Assembly (NCBI GenBank): GCA_965205505.1
Contig: CBDBHB010000009.1
Coordinates: 288,001 to 352,000, forward strand
Length of the DNA: 64,000 nucleotides
From: Acidobacteriota bacterium
GTDB lineage: Bacteria; Acidobacteriota; UBA890; WLXD01
Direction of reading: 5' to 3'
The translations under genes and the position numbers were made by a program. The number at the start of each line of letters is the position of its first letter. Position 1 is the stretch's first letter. Under the pieces are notes generated by a model, which saw nothing but the letters and a program-made list of their open reading frames with translations, did no database searches and was not told the DNA's origin. This document shows, one piece after another, positions 50,223 to 60,315 of the stretch.

Positions 50223-50552
50223 ATGTCCACGAGAATGAGACCCCGAAAAACACCGACAGATCCCGAAGTCGTCCGCCGGATGCGATCGAGCGGCCGCTAC
50301 CAGCAATGGCGTTCCGCAATCCTCCGGAACGAGCCGTTATGCCGTTCCTGCGCCGAGGCGGGATTCACGGTCGCCGCCGAGCACATCGACCACATCGAGG
50401 CCGTTCACCTGGCGCCCGAGCGCTTCTGGGACCACGACAACGTCCAGCCGATCTACCGTGAGTGCCACGATCGGAAGACGGCCGGCGAGCAAGGCATGAG
50501 CCTCGAAGCGGTGTGCGAGCGTGAAGCGTGGAAGCGCGTCTGGTCGAGCTAG
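50223..50552 (+). CDS. Phage packaging-type HNH endonuclease
   Basis: EPLCRSC...HIDHI...FWDHDNVQPIYRECHDRKT (first Cys of the last CxxC is Tyr here, so possibly inactive). Confidence 0.85.
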   Translation: MSTRMRPRKTPTDPEVVRRMRSSGRYQQWRSAILRNEPLCRSCAEAGFTVAAEHIDHIEAVHLAPERFWDHDNVQPIYRECHDRKTAGEQGMSLEAVCEREAWKRVWSS

Positions 50553-50559
50553 CGGGCAA

Positions 50560-50670
50560 ATGACTCCCGCCGCCGCTCCGAGGGCCCCGAGTCCGCGCCG
50601 CATCCATCTACTGACTCGAGAAGCTGACCGTCACCGAGTGTCCACTCGCCGGCCAGCCCTTCAGTGACGG
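50560..50670 (+). pseudogene. Possible terminase large subunit N-terminal stub
   Basis: LEKLTVTECPLAGQPF directly after the HNH gene, interrupted by a stop and an IS remnant. Confidence 0.4.
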
Positions 50671-50699
50671 GCCGCTGCACCGACAGACGCTTATGCACG

Positions 50700-50970
50700 T
50701 TGCCACTAGTTGCCCGCTCATCGACACACCGGCCTCCAGCACCGGGCAGTCACGAGTCAAGTGATCCACGACCGTCACCATGGGGAACTAGCGGCCGCTG
50801 TGCAGTTGGTCGGTGATGAAGTCCATGCTCCAGCGCTCGTTCGGCGCGCTAGAGCCGGCAGCGACATTCGCCTGTGGCTCGTTCCACTTGCAGCGGCGCT
50901 TGACGCGGATCGACAGCTCTTCCTGGTGGATGCGCTCCGCCGGGAGGCCCGCCGCAGGGCAGTACGGATC
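50700..50970 (-). mobile_element. IS3 orfB remnant
   Basis: APNERWSMDFITDQLHSGR. Confidence 0.6.
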
Positions 50971-51404
50971 ACGGTGCCCCTCTGAACATACACTCGGCAC
51001 GCTTGAGCGTTCTCGGCGTTGTGCCAGGTAAGACTGTCACCGAATTCCTCTTCGATCTGCTTTCTCTCCTGGAGCAGCTTCTTCGTACCGGGTCTTGGAA
51101 TCGGCCCCGACAGTCCCGAGTTCTGCACCTTCCCCGCCGACGCGCATGCGGGCTCGCTCAGGTAGGAGCCGAGAGGCCAGGCCGCGATACACGATGGGCC
51201 GCCGCCCACCAGGAACCCCGTGGTCGTCGGCTCGTCACCGGCCGTCGAGGTCGGTGGCGAACGGGGACGCCGCCACCCGCCCGGACCCGACAGCTCAGAT
51301 CAGCACGGTGCGCCTCAAAAACTCACGCTGGCGCCGACGCGGAAGATCCGCGGTGGCAGCACCGCAATGGGCACACCAAGGTTCCTCGTCGCTCAGCCTT
51401 CCAG

Positions 51405-52172
51405 TACTGGTCTATACAAGTGCGGCGACTGCCGCCAGCAGTTCACGGTTACTGTGGGCACAGTGATGCACCGCTCCAAGATCGGGCTACACAAGTGGGT
51501 CTTGGCCTTCCACCTCATGTGCTCATCCAAGAAGGGCATCAGTGCTCTACAGCTACAGCGCAAACCTTGGCCTCGGCTCCTACAAGACGGCCTGGCACAT
51601 GGCACATCGTATCCGGCTGGCAATGCGCGAGCAGCCTCTGGCAGCAATGCTCACAGGCACGGTAGAGACGGACGAGACCTACGTGGGCGGCAAGAGCCGC
51701 CAGGGTCGTCGCGGCCGGGGATCGGAGCGCAAGACACCGGTGCTGGCGATGGTGGAGCGTGGCGGTCGTGCCTGTGTCGCGTCCTGTACAGCGCGTCCGT
51801 GCCCGCGAGCTCAAGAGCGCGATTCGGGAAATTGTAGCTTCGAACGCTCGCATCGTGACAGACGACTTCGCTTCTTACCGCGGCATCGGACGGGAGTTTT
51901 CAGGCGGGCACGGTGTGGTGCGCCACAGCGTCGGCGAGTACGTCCGTGGCGACGTGCACACCAACACGGTGGAGTCCTATTTCTCGCTCCTGAAACGTGG
52001 GGTGCACAGCACGTTCCACCACGTAAGCAAGCAGCACTTGTCGAGGTACTGTGATGAGTTCGACTTCCGGTGGAACCACCGCAAGACCAACGACGGGGAG
52101 CGTACCGAAGCAGCCGTGCGCGGATCGGGAGCCAAGCGGCTCACCTACCGAGAGGTTGTTCGCGGGGCCTAG
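51405..52172 (+). pseudogene. IS1595-family transposase, 5'-truncated and frameshifted
   Basis: LYKCGDCRQQFTVTVGT; KKGISALQL; VETDETYVGG; IVTDD; HTNTVESYFSLLKRG; YCDEFDFRWN. Confidence 0.9.
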
Positions 52173-52719
52173 CGCTGAGCAGCCCGAGCCCTACAACAAT
52201 CATGAGCTGCTAGGACAAGAGTCAACACTGGTGAGTCTAGGTGTTCGTCCTCTAGCGCTCGTAGGCACCTGTACTAGCGATCCCATGTTAATGCTGCGGG
52301 TACGAACACAGATAGACCGCTATGGGTCTTCGGGTGCATACGGCTTCGTTATTGAGCGCCCCGACGGCATTGCGGAATACGGTTACGCTGCGGCGTCCTG
52401 GTTGGTGGACCTTCTGCAATGGGTTCATCGACCGGATGTTCCAGACCAGCAGGGCCCACCAAATCCTAGGACTGATGCTCGGCTACAGCGCACATGCGAT
52501 ACGCCTCCATGATGAAGCGTGCTCTTGTGCAAACCGATTTCAGGAGCCTTACGTCGATTGAACCAGCGTCCAGTTGACTGCTCGACTGCACTTTCCGCAA
52601 GGCGGAAAGGTTTCGCTTTGACTCAGAGCGATCTGCGAGCAGCATGCACAGTCGCTTTGATAGATCCCCGATTGTGTGCATTTCTGACCTGTGCTTGGAA
52701 TTGGTTACTTTCTCCGTTG

Positions 52720-53256
52720 TTAACAACCAGCGCAAAATCGCGACTTTGTAGATCCTGCGCCTTTGAACGTGCCCTTCAGCAGGTAGTTCCCGGTTCGGTT
52801 CAGCGGTTCTCCCTGGTAGTACAGGACCGTGAAGGTCCGTCCCGATACGGTCGTGTTCGGGAAGGTTCGCGTCCACCGGGTAGGCCCGGAGAGTTTCAAG
52901 GTAAAGGTTCCGCGGGCGGTCCTGGTGCCAAAGTTTGCCACTGCCAGCGAGTAGTAGTAGCGAGCGAATTCAAGCGGCGTGAGGTCGAATACACCGAACC
53001 CGTTGCTAAGACCAGGCCGGCTGATCGACGCGTAGGTGATGTAGGCAAAGACACTCTTTTTTCCACGGAACTGACCGACTGCCTCGTCGCTGAGATTGTA
53101 GGTCAGGATAGTCAGGCCATCGGGTCGAGACTCGATGCGGTCAGGATTGCCCCAGTCCATCGTCCCTTTCAGCGCGCGCACATCCTCTTGAGCGCTAACA
53201 ACCGGTGTAGCGAGCGTCAGAACGAGAGTGGCTGCGCAGATCATTCGGCGTTCCAT
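52720..53256 (-). CDS. Secreted hypothetical protein (IS1595 passenger, copy 2)
   Basis: Nearly identical to 6467-7003. Confidence 0.75.
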   Translation of the reverse strand: MERRMICAATLVLTLATPVVSAQEDVRALKGTMDWGNPDRIESRPDGLTILTYNLSDEAVGQFRGKKSVFAYITYASISRPGLSNGFGVFDLTPLEFARYYYSLAVANFGTRTARGTFTLKLSGPTRWTRTFPNTTVSGRTFTVLYYQGEPLNRTGNYLLKGTFKGAGSTKSRFCAGC

Positions 53257-53426
53257 CAGGGGGGCCTCCTGGTGGAAAGTCCGGCAATAGGTGCCGCGCC
53301 TTGCACACCACAACCGATCGCGGTTCCCGCGGTATTCTCGCTCTCGCGGACGACAGGTCGTGCGTGTGCGGCGCTGACCCTACCATCCCCGAGCAGGAAA
53401 CTCGCGCACTGGCAGGAGGTGGACCC

Positions 53427-53618
53427 GTGAAATCGTCTAGACAGCGCACGCCCAAGAAGCAGAAGCGTCAGGACAAGAAGTTCGACCGCGCAGCGTCAGG
53501 AGGCAGGTTGAGCATGCATCCGCTATCGCCGGAACAGGCGCTGGGTCCTTTCATGAGGGTTCCGGGAAGCAAGGTTCTGGCAGCGGAGAAGCGGGCGAAA
53601 AAGAAGAAGGGGAGCTAG
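53427..53618 (+). CDS. Small basic hypothetical protein (copy 2)
   Basis: Nearly identical to 6105-6296; followed by the IR GGTATAATTCCC at 53644-53655. Confidence 0.5.
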   Translation: MKSSRQRTPKKQKRQDKKFDRAASGGRLSMHPLSPEQALGPFMRVPGSKVLAAEKRAKKKKGS

Positions 53619-53655
53619 CAAAGCCCGCCCGGGGTTGGTCAGCGGTATAATTCCC

Positions 53656-53750
53656 TTCCGGAATGCCGACTTCGTGCGGAAGCTTGCCCAGAGCGACAGA
53701 GCCAATCCCGGTAGGATGAACACCAGATACGTCGGATCGAAGAAAAACAT
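53656..53750 (-). pseudogene. Neutral zinc metallopeptidase (YugP-like) N-terminus cut by the IS1595 end
   Basis: MFFFDPTYLVFILPGLALSLWASFRTKSAFRK then the IR. Confidence 0.6.
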
Positions 53751-53791
53751 CGCTCGAATACTCCCCTGTGTGCTCAAGCCTGGACGAAGAC

Positions 53792-53835
53792 TGACCAGCC
53801 CCCACGGTTAATAGCACGTCCTGTCTCAGTGGCTC
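53792..53835. mobile_element. Isolated IS3 terminal remnant
   Basis: TGACCAGCCCCCACGGTTAATAGCACGTCCTGTCTCAGT resembles the IS end at 9782. Confidence 0.6.
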
Positions 53836-54253
53836 GGTGTTTTGCCCAAGGGTTGGGCATTGAAGCGGTAGAGACTCTCTAGTCGGGCGATCCGTGCTGC
53901 TGATCGTCTGATTCCCGGGCCTGGCGATCTCGCCGACCGCGTTGCCGGTTGCGTGCTCGCCGGCCCGTGTACGTAACCCGGTTCACAAACACGCGCCCCC
54001 GGCTCGGTTGACTGTCGCGCCGCCCGTCGTCCGCCCTCTCTGACCTGATCCCCCCGCCTGCCTACCCCTGGGGACCCCTGCTGCCATGCGGCCCGTCACT
54101 TTGTGATGGCCGCGTGATCGACGTGTGGCGCACACGTTGGGCGAGCCCCCCTCGACGTGGGTTGAGAGCACTCACCCTCACCCTCGAGCAGCTCCGTGAG
54201 CGCGAAGCCTGGCGCCGGCGAGCCGCTCAAGCTCATGGCGTTTCAGCGCCGGT

Positions 54254-55488
54254 TCATCTACGGCGTGACGCCGATGATCGGGTCTCGGAGTACCTTCTCT
54301 CGTAGGCGATCGGGGACACGTTGCCGAGCGCAGAGTGGAGCCTGCGAGGGTTGTAGAAGCCCTCGATGAACTCGAATGCCGCCATCCGCGCTTCGGCCTG
54401 GCTCTTGAACCGCTTCCGCCACAACAGCTCCGTCTCGAGCGTCGCGAAGAAGCTCTCGGCCAGGGCGTTGTCGTAGCAGTCGCGAGCTGACCCGGTCGAG
54501 AGACGCACGCCGAGTTGACGGCAACGTTTGCCGAAGGCGATCGAGGTGTACTGCGTGCCCTGATCGGAGTGGTGGATCACGCTCTCAGGGCGGCGTTGCC
54601 AGATCGCCATGTTGAGTGCTTCCAGTACCAGCTCCGTGCGAAGGTGATTGGCCATCGACCAGCCCACCACGCGGCGACTGAAGGCATCCATTACGATCGC
54701 CAGGTATAAGAACCCCGACCAGGTCGAGATGTACGTGATGTCGGCAACCCACAGGCGATCGGGTGCACCGACCACGAAGTCACGCTTCACCAGATCGGGC
54801 ACCGGCTGCGCGTCAAGGCCTCGACGAGTCGTACAAACCCGCCGCCGTCGGCTAACGCCCTGAAGCCCCGCCTGGCTCATCAGGCGAGCTACTCGCTTGC
54901 GGCCTACCCGAACACCGTCGGCTGCCAGCTCGGCATGCACTCGCGGCATGCCATAGGTGGCACGGCTGGCCCGGTGGATCGTCTCGATACGAGCCTGTAA
55001 CTGAGCGTCACGTCTCGCTCGATCGCTGATCGGGCGATCGCGCCACGCGTAGTAGCCGCTGGTGGAGACCTCCAGCACTCGGCACATCGTGGCGATCGGG
55101 TAGCAGGCCTGGTGAGCTCTCACGAACCCGAAGACTTCTGGGGCACCGTGCCGGTCTCCCGAGCGAACCAGGCCGCGGCTTTTGCCAGGATCTCCCGCTC
55201 AGTCTTCAGCTGGCGGTTGTCCCGGCGTAGCCGTCGTAGTTCTTCTCGCTCCTCGCTCGTTAGCCCATTGGCGCTGAGCCCGTCATCCCGGTCCGCTTGC
55301 TTGATCCACATGCGGATCGTCCAGTACGACGGCTCGAACTCCTCGGCCAGCTCCTGCACGCTGCGCCCTGCTCGCGCTAGCTCGACGATCTGCCGGCGAA
55401 ACTCAGGCGGATACGGTAGTCGTGTTCTTCCCATCGCAGACTCCTTTGGCCCTAGCCATAAGGTGTCCACGAAACCGAGTCAACTCCA
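54254..55488 (-). mobile_element. IS3-family element (orfA 55120-55434, orfB 54254-55123); right IR not found
   Basis: IRL TGGAGTTGACTCGGTTTCGTGGACAC; YPPEFRRQIVEL; WVADITY, HHSDQGTQY, DNALAESFF. Confidence 0.9.
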
Positions 55489-56232
55489 CAAGAGGCTCCC
55501 CGGCAACATCGTGCCCAGCCACTCGCGCAGCGGAGCAGCATAGGTCTCCTCGATCAGCAGGTTGTGCGACACCAGGAAACGGCTGTGTGTGCGCCAGGAG
55601 TTCACACCGAATCCGCGCTCTTGACGCATTCTGCTCAGGTACTGGCGATCGAGGATCTCAAACACCAGACCAAAGCGGTCCTCGAGCTCGCCTTTCCATT
55701 GCTCAAGCACCGAGGGAGGCGCCGACACCACGATCGTCTTCACCTTCTTGCGCAGCAGCAGCTCGCGCGCGATCAACCCGGCTTCGATGGTCTTTCCAAG
55801 CCCGGTGTCGTCGGCGATGAAGAGATTTGCCCGGGGAAGCCGCAGCGCCTTGCGCAGGGGCTCCATCTGGTACGCATCAATCTTGATGCCGGCGCGGAAC
55901 GGAGCCTGAAACAAGTTCGGATCGGTGGCGGTGATGCAGTTCCAGCGCAGCGTATGGACAAAGGCCGCGAAGTAACGCGGTGGGTCGAAACCCTTGGCCG
56001 CTAACTCGCTCCAGCCCTCCTCTTGCAGGATCCGACGATCCAGCTCGTAGTCCCAGAAAACATCAAGCATCTGCCCCTGCGCGTCGTCGTCCGCGCAGGC
56101 AAGGCGCACTAATGGCGACTGGCCCGGTGCCGGAGCATCGACGACTTCCTCCACCAACCATCGGCGTGACCGGACTTGAACAAGTTCGCCAACCTCCGGC
56201 GTTCCAGAGGGCAGCGAGTACGGCTCACTCAT
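55489..56232 (-). pseudogene. drmD: DISARM SNF2-like helicase DrmD, N-terminal part, truncated by IS3
   Basis: GELVQVRSRRWLVE, DDDAQG, LFQAPFRAGIKIDAYQMEPLRKALRLPR, IADDTGLGKTIEAG. Confidence 0.8.
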
Positions 56233-56584
56233 TCGGCTACATACCCCCTAGCGAGACCCCGGTTTTTTTCGCTCTTCTGATGGGTGGAGACCCCGAGTTC
56301 CTGTCTGCCGCAGCGTCGCCTGGCTCGTCACTCTCCCATACCGCACACCCTTTCGCTCACGCAGCGCTGCACCTACGCTGCCAGCGCTTCGGCTGGGCTG
56401 GCCAACGTCGTCGGGCGGAAGAGGATACCTCGGAGAATCGCATCCGGACTCAGCCCCGTGTTGACCAGTTGGACCAGCGCCGAAATGTTAGATAGATGTT
56501 AGATCGCTGAACGTTCAGCTTGGAACGTGAGCGTCGAGATCCGGCCTCTTGCCGACCAGATCTCCCTTGTACAGAACAGTTTAC

Positions 56585-56648
56585 TGGTAGTGCCCAAGGA
56601 GGGACTTGAACCTCCACGAGCCGAAGCCCGCTAGGTCCTGAACCTAGT
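56585..56648 (-). tRNA. 3' half of tRNA-Leu(CAG); pseudo-tRNA / att site
   Basis: Reverse complement CTAGGTT-CAG-GACCTAG anticodon arm, long variable arm, GGTTCAAGTCC, CTTGGGCA; D-arm and 5' acceptor strand absent. Confidence 0.8.
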
Positions 56649-57582
56649 GGGAGGGCGCGGGCGGTGCCCTGTCGGTGTCTCGACGACTGCGTGCACGGAA
56701 CGCACGCGCAACAACATGGCCACCCGGCCGTTCGGGCCATCGCAGCCTGTAGTATTTCGCCAGCTTAATCACGTCCTTTGCTCGCTGACAGAAAATGTCC
56801 GTCCCCGGATTCGTCAGACTAGGAGAACACACAACGCCAGTAACCATGCCATCCTCTGGAGTTACGAGAAATAGGCCTGCCGCGAGCGGAGTCCAGTGGT
56901 TGAGCGCTGTCCCGCTAATTGTCGAAGAGCGATCGTGTTGGACCCGGGCTGGGGGCTACCGAATCGATCAGTCCTCGGCCCTCGTAGCTTCAAGATCTCA
57001 GAGGCGAGCGGCGCGCCTCAGAAGGGCAAGAAGGGCGCGGCGCCAGCCTGTCGCCGCATGTCTGGCACCAGCACCGCGGTGAGCTCGTCGCGGCTCGTGA
57101 CGTAACCATCCGTGCCGACTCAATCCGTAGCTCAGCTCGCACACGTCGCAGATCCCATCCTCTAAGGACCAGTGCTGCATGATACGTACCGGGCGAAAGT
57201 GCGTGTAGCGGTACGTGTCAGAATCGCCCTTGCGTGTGCTCATGCCTCACCCGTACGCGAAGAGCGGCTGCGTCGTCGCCATTCTTGGAGCACTCGCCGC
57301 ATCGGGTGCTGTCAATGGATGACCTGGCCAGGCAAGGCTCGGTCGTCACCGAGAAACACCTACTGCGGTTTGTACCGTCTGACGGCAAGAGCGGCTTGAC
57401 TGCGGTGCCGTGGTCACCTGAGAAGCTGGTCGAAGAACAGCAGGATGCCTGAGGGGTACCGCACCCAAGCGTGACGCCTTATCTCTGAGCGGGCTTGGGA
57501 AGACATGCGCCGTTGCTTCTGAAGTCCCATGCCCGGGTGGTCATGATCGACGCGCCATCGGGAGCTGCCAGCGGCGGGGAGT

Positions 57583-59166
57583 CTATCTGCCCAGCCACCG
57601 CTTGATCTTCTTCCCGAGATCCCTGTCCACCATGACGGCGGCAATCGTGATCGAACCGGTTTCGCCCCCCATGTTGACGGCCGGGCCCGCGACGTTGTTG
57701 GCTACTACGACGCCTACGGCACCGGCGTCCTGCGCCGCCTGCACCTTGTCGACGAAGAAGCACTCACCACGGTCGACCACAGCGATCTTGCCGTAGACCT
57801 CAGCGCCGTTGACCAGCGGCTGGCAGGCGAGTGTCGACGTCGCGGAGCCGTCGTCGGCCAACGCCAGTTCGTTGGTGACGCCGTCCTCGTCGAGCTCCGG
57901 GCCAAAGAACGCCCGGCCGACGATATGCGTTCCGGCAAGGTTCGGAGGGTCGGCGATCTGCAGGACGTAGGCACCGCGCAGCAGCGGCCGGGCGCCACGC
58001 TGAGTCTTGGCGCCCGTAAACGCCACCTGCCCGTCCCGCACTGCCGACTTGCGTCGTGCCACCCGCGACAGCTCGTCCCACGTCCGGTTGCGCTGGTTGT
58101 CGAAGGTCATGGTGGCGAAGATGTCCGGGAGGTTACGGAAGAAGGCGCCCCTATCCAGATCCGTCAATCCTAGGAACCCGAGCCCGTGCGCGATCTCGTG
58201 CAACGCCACGGCGACGAACGACACCTGCTGGGGCGGGGTGCTGCCATCGACGCCGTAGTACCAGCTCGTGCCGGGTCCACGGCACGCATCGTCGATCGAG
58301 GCGTTGAAGGTGATGCCGATGTCGACGTCATCCTCATCGAGGTTGCTGCGGGCGATGGACTTGGCCATAGGACCCGGATACCAGACGCCCGGCTCGCCGC
58401 CGCGGAAATCGGTGAACACGAACCGCGGGCCAGCCTGCGCCAAGATTGCACCCTCCTCCACCGAGCACGTGAGCTCCGCAAACCCGGCCTCCACCCTCAC
58501 CCGCGACGCGCTGCCCAGCAGCCGTTCCCAGATCCCGAGCATGAACTCCAGCGCTGCGCGTCGGTCGGCTCCCAGCTCCGAGTCGTTGAAACCGCTGTTC
58601 TCGTCATCGGTGACGCTCACCTCGGATCGGAACCGGCCGGCGCGCCAGCCCATGTCACGCAGTGCGTCGTCGGTGAGATCAACGTCGGCGAACGGCAGGA
58701 CCGGCGACAGCGCCGGCTCCATCAGCAGGTCCGGGCTGGCGCGGGTATCGAAGTGCGAATAGCTCGACCCGGGGTCCAACGGCTTGGGCGTGTACAGCAA
58801 AACACGGCCGTCGTCGTCGACACCGGTGGGCACATCGGCGTCGAATCGCATGTTCGCGTTGACGGTGGCGCGCAGCGTCCGCGCATCGGTTGCGGAAGCT
58901 TCGCTGCCCGGCATGGCAACGTCGCCCGGCGTCGCCACGCGGTCACGCGTCGTCAGGCGCACGGCGGCGGCGTGATGGTCGCCCCGAATGCACTCCAGCC
59001 GCACGCCGTCAACGGTGGGCCGCACGATCATGGTGTGGTCTGCGGCGCCGTCCAGGAATATCCCGAACCCACCGCCGGGGAGCTCGAATCGGCGCTGCTG
59101 CGAGGCGGCGGGCGCTGCGAGGGTAGTAGTCAGAACAACGCAGCACAGTGTGGTCAGGCGTCGCAT
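57583..59166 (-). CDS. Secreted PA-domain zinc metallopeptidase, apparently circularly permuted
   Basis: Signal peptide; GSSYSHFD...LLMEP; VALHEIAHGLGF; PA domain GKIAVVDRGECFFVDKVQAAQDAGA at the C-terminus. Confidence 0.8.
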   Translation of the reverse strand: MRRLTTLCCVVLTTTLAAPAASQQRRFELPGGGFGIFLDGAADHTMIVRPTVDGVRLECIRGDHHAAAVRLTTRDRVATPGDVAMPGSEASATDARTLRATVNANMRFDADVPTGVDDDGRVLLYTPKPLDPGSSYSHFDTRASPDLLMEPALSPVLPFADVDLTDDALRDMGWRAGRFRSEVSVTDDENSGFNDSELGADRRAALEFMLGIWERLLGSASRVRVEAGFAELTCSVEEGAILAQAGPRFVFTDFRGGEPGVWYPGPMAKSIARSNLDEDDVDIGITFNASIDDACRGPGTSWYYGVDGSTPPQQVSFVAVALHEIAHGLGFLGLTDLDRGAFFRNLPDIFATMTFDNQRNRTWDELSRVARRKSAVRDGQVAFTGAKTQRGARPLLRGAYVLQIADPPNLAGTHIVGRAFFGPELDEDGVTNELALADDGSATSTLACQPLVNGAEVYGKIAVVDRGECFFVDKVQAAQDAGAVGVVVANNVAGPAVNMGGETGSITIAAVMVDRDLGKKIKRWLGR

Positions 59167-59554
59167 GGTGCTATGGCTCCGATGGAGTGCAGGGGTCTCG
59201 ATAGCTCGTTATCTGCGGCCGCCGATTCCCGAGGTCGGCCTTTGCCAACGCAGATCACGCCTGCAACGATTCTAGCAGCGGCTCCGATGCGGGCGTCGGG
59301 GCGCGAGTGCCGACTGTAGTCCGCGCCCGCATAACTGACGACGTACGTCGCCGTGCCCGTTGTGACGATGCGTTCGCGCGGCCTGTAGTCTGATGGTACT
59401 GGGGGGGGGTGACCTTTTCTTGCTCGACTCAAACGCTACCACTGTGCGACGACAGAGTGGGACCGGGAAGAGCACTCGATGAGAGACTATGGACGGGAGG
59501 ATGGCCGCTACTTGAGCAGTGCTGCCCACAGCGCAAGCTCCCAGGCTCGGTGGA

Positions 59555-60029
59555 CTGATCCACGCTTGCCTGTTCTGCTTGGAATGCGTCACGAACGGCC
59601 TTGCTGATAGCCATCACTTGTCTCCGTCAGCAGGTTAGGGTTGCACTACAACTTTCTAGCTAGAGCCCTCATCGTGCCGTATGAAGACAGGCCCAGCTGG
59701 TTCTGTGCCGCATGGGCGGATGGATGCGCTACAGCGCTGCGTGTACTGTCCGTGACCGACCAGGCAGTGGAGCTCACCGCTGTTGGAGGGCCACCGACCT
59801 GGTACCGGCGCACAGACGTGTTCCGGATGGATGGTGCGCTCCTGTCGGCGCTGGTACGCGCCCGCGCTGCCGGCGACACCGCAGCCCTGGATGCACTATG
59901 GGACCAGGCAGTTCCCTGGGCACCTGGAGGAGCAGGATGGGTGAAGGGTACGGCTCGGGCGCGCCCGTGAAGGTCGGCTCCCTGTGCTAGCGACCCGAAG
60001 ATAGGGCAATCAGAGGCAGCGATGCGTGG
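59555..60029. repeat. Inverted, degenerate copy of about 21485-21965
   Basis: Shared LRVLSVTDQAVELTA...WDQAVPWAPGG and MAI(N/S)KAVRD. Confidence 0.85.
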
Positions 60030-60315
60030 TGTAGTTGCAGCCCCGGGTGCGATTGTGGCCTCGGCGCTCGGTGTGTTCAGGGCTCCCCAGAGGTCCGGAG
60101 AAGTTCGCTTTATTCCCAGACTTAATGGTGGGAATAGTGAGGTGATAGTCCACTAGAAGTTCCTGTAAACTATTGTGAACAAATACTTTAGTTGTATTAC
60201 TATGGCGGAGTGATTGACAGCCGTCATCGGCTCGGGGTTCTCGGGCCGTATCCTGCCGGTCGGTGATCGATGCCGCACACCCGTAGACTTCTCAAACCCG
60301 AACTCGGACGATGAC

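Larger units (their letters stand above)
43620..50700 (+). mobile_element. Phage-satellite-like integrative element (PICI/P4-like), decaying; boundaries approximate
   Basis: Integrase - hypothetical - AlpA - primase Zn finger - helicase - iterons - cos-like site - HNH - terminase stub, all on the + strand. Confidence 0.7.

Noticed and set aside
56585-56648. Functional tRNA-Leu
   Set aside because: The 5' acceptor strand and D-arm are missing and the T-stem is imperfect.
56650-57560. Short ORFs between the att site and the peptidase
   Set aside because: No recognisable motifs or consistent coding signal; left unannotated.
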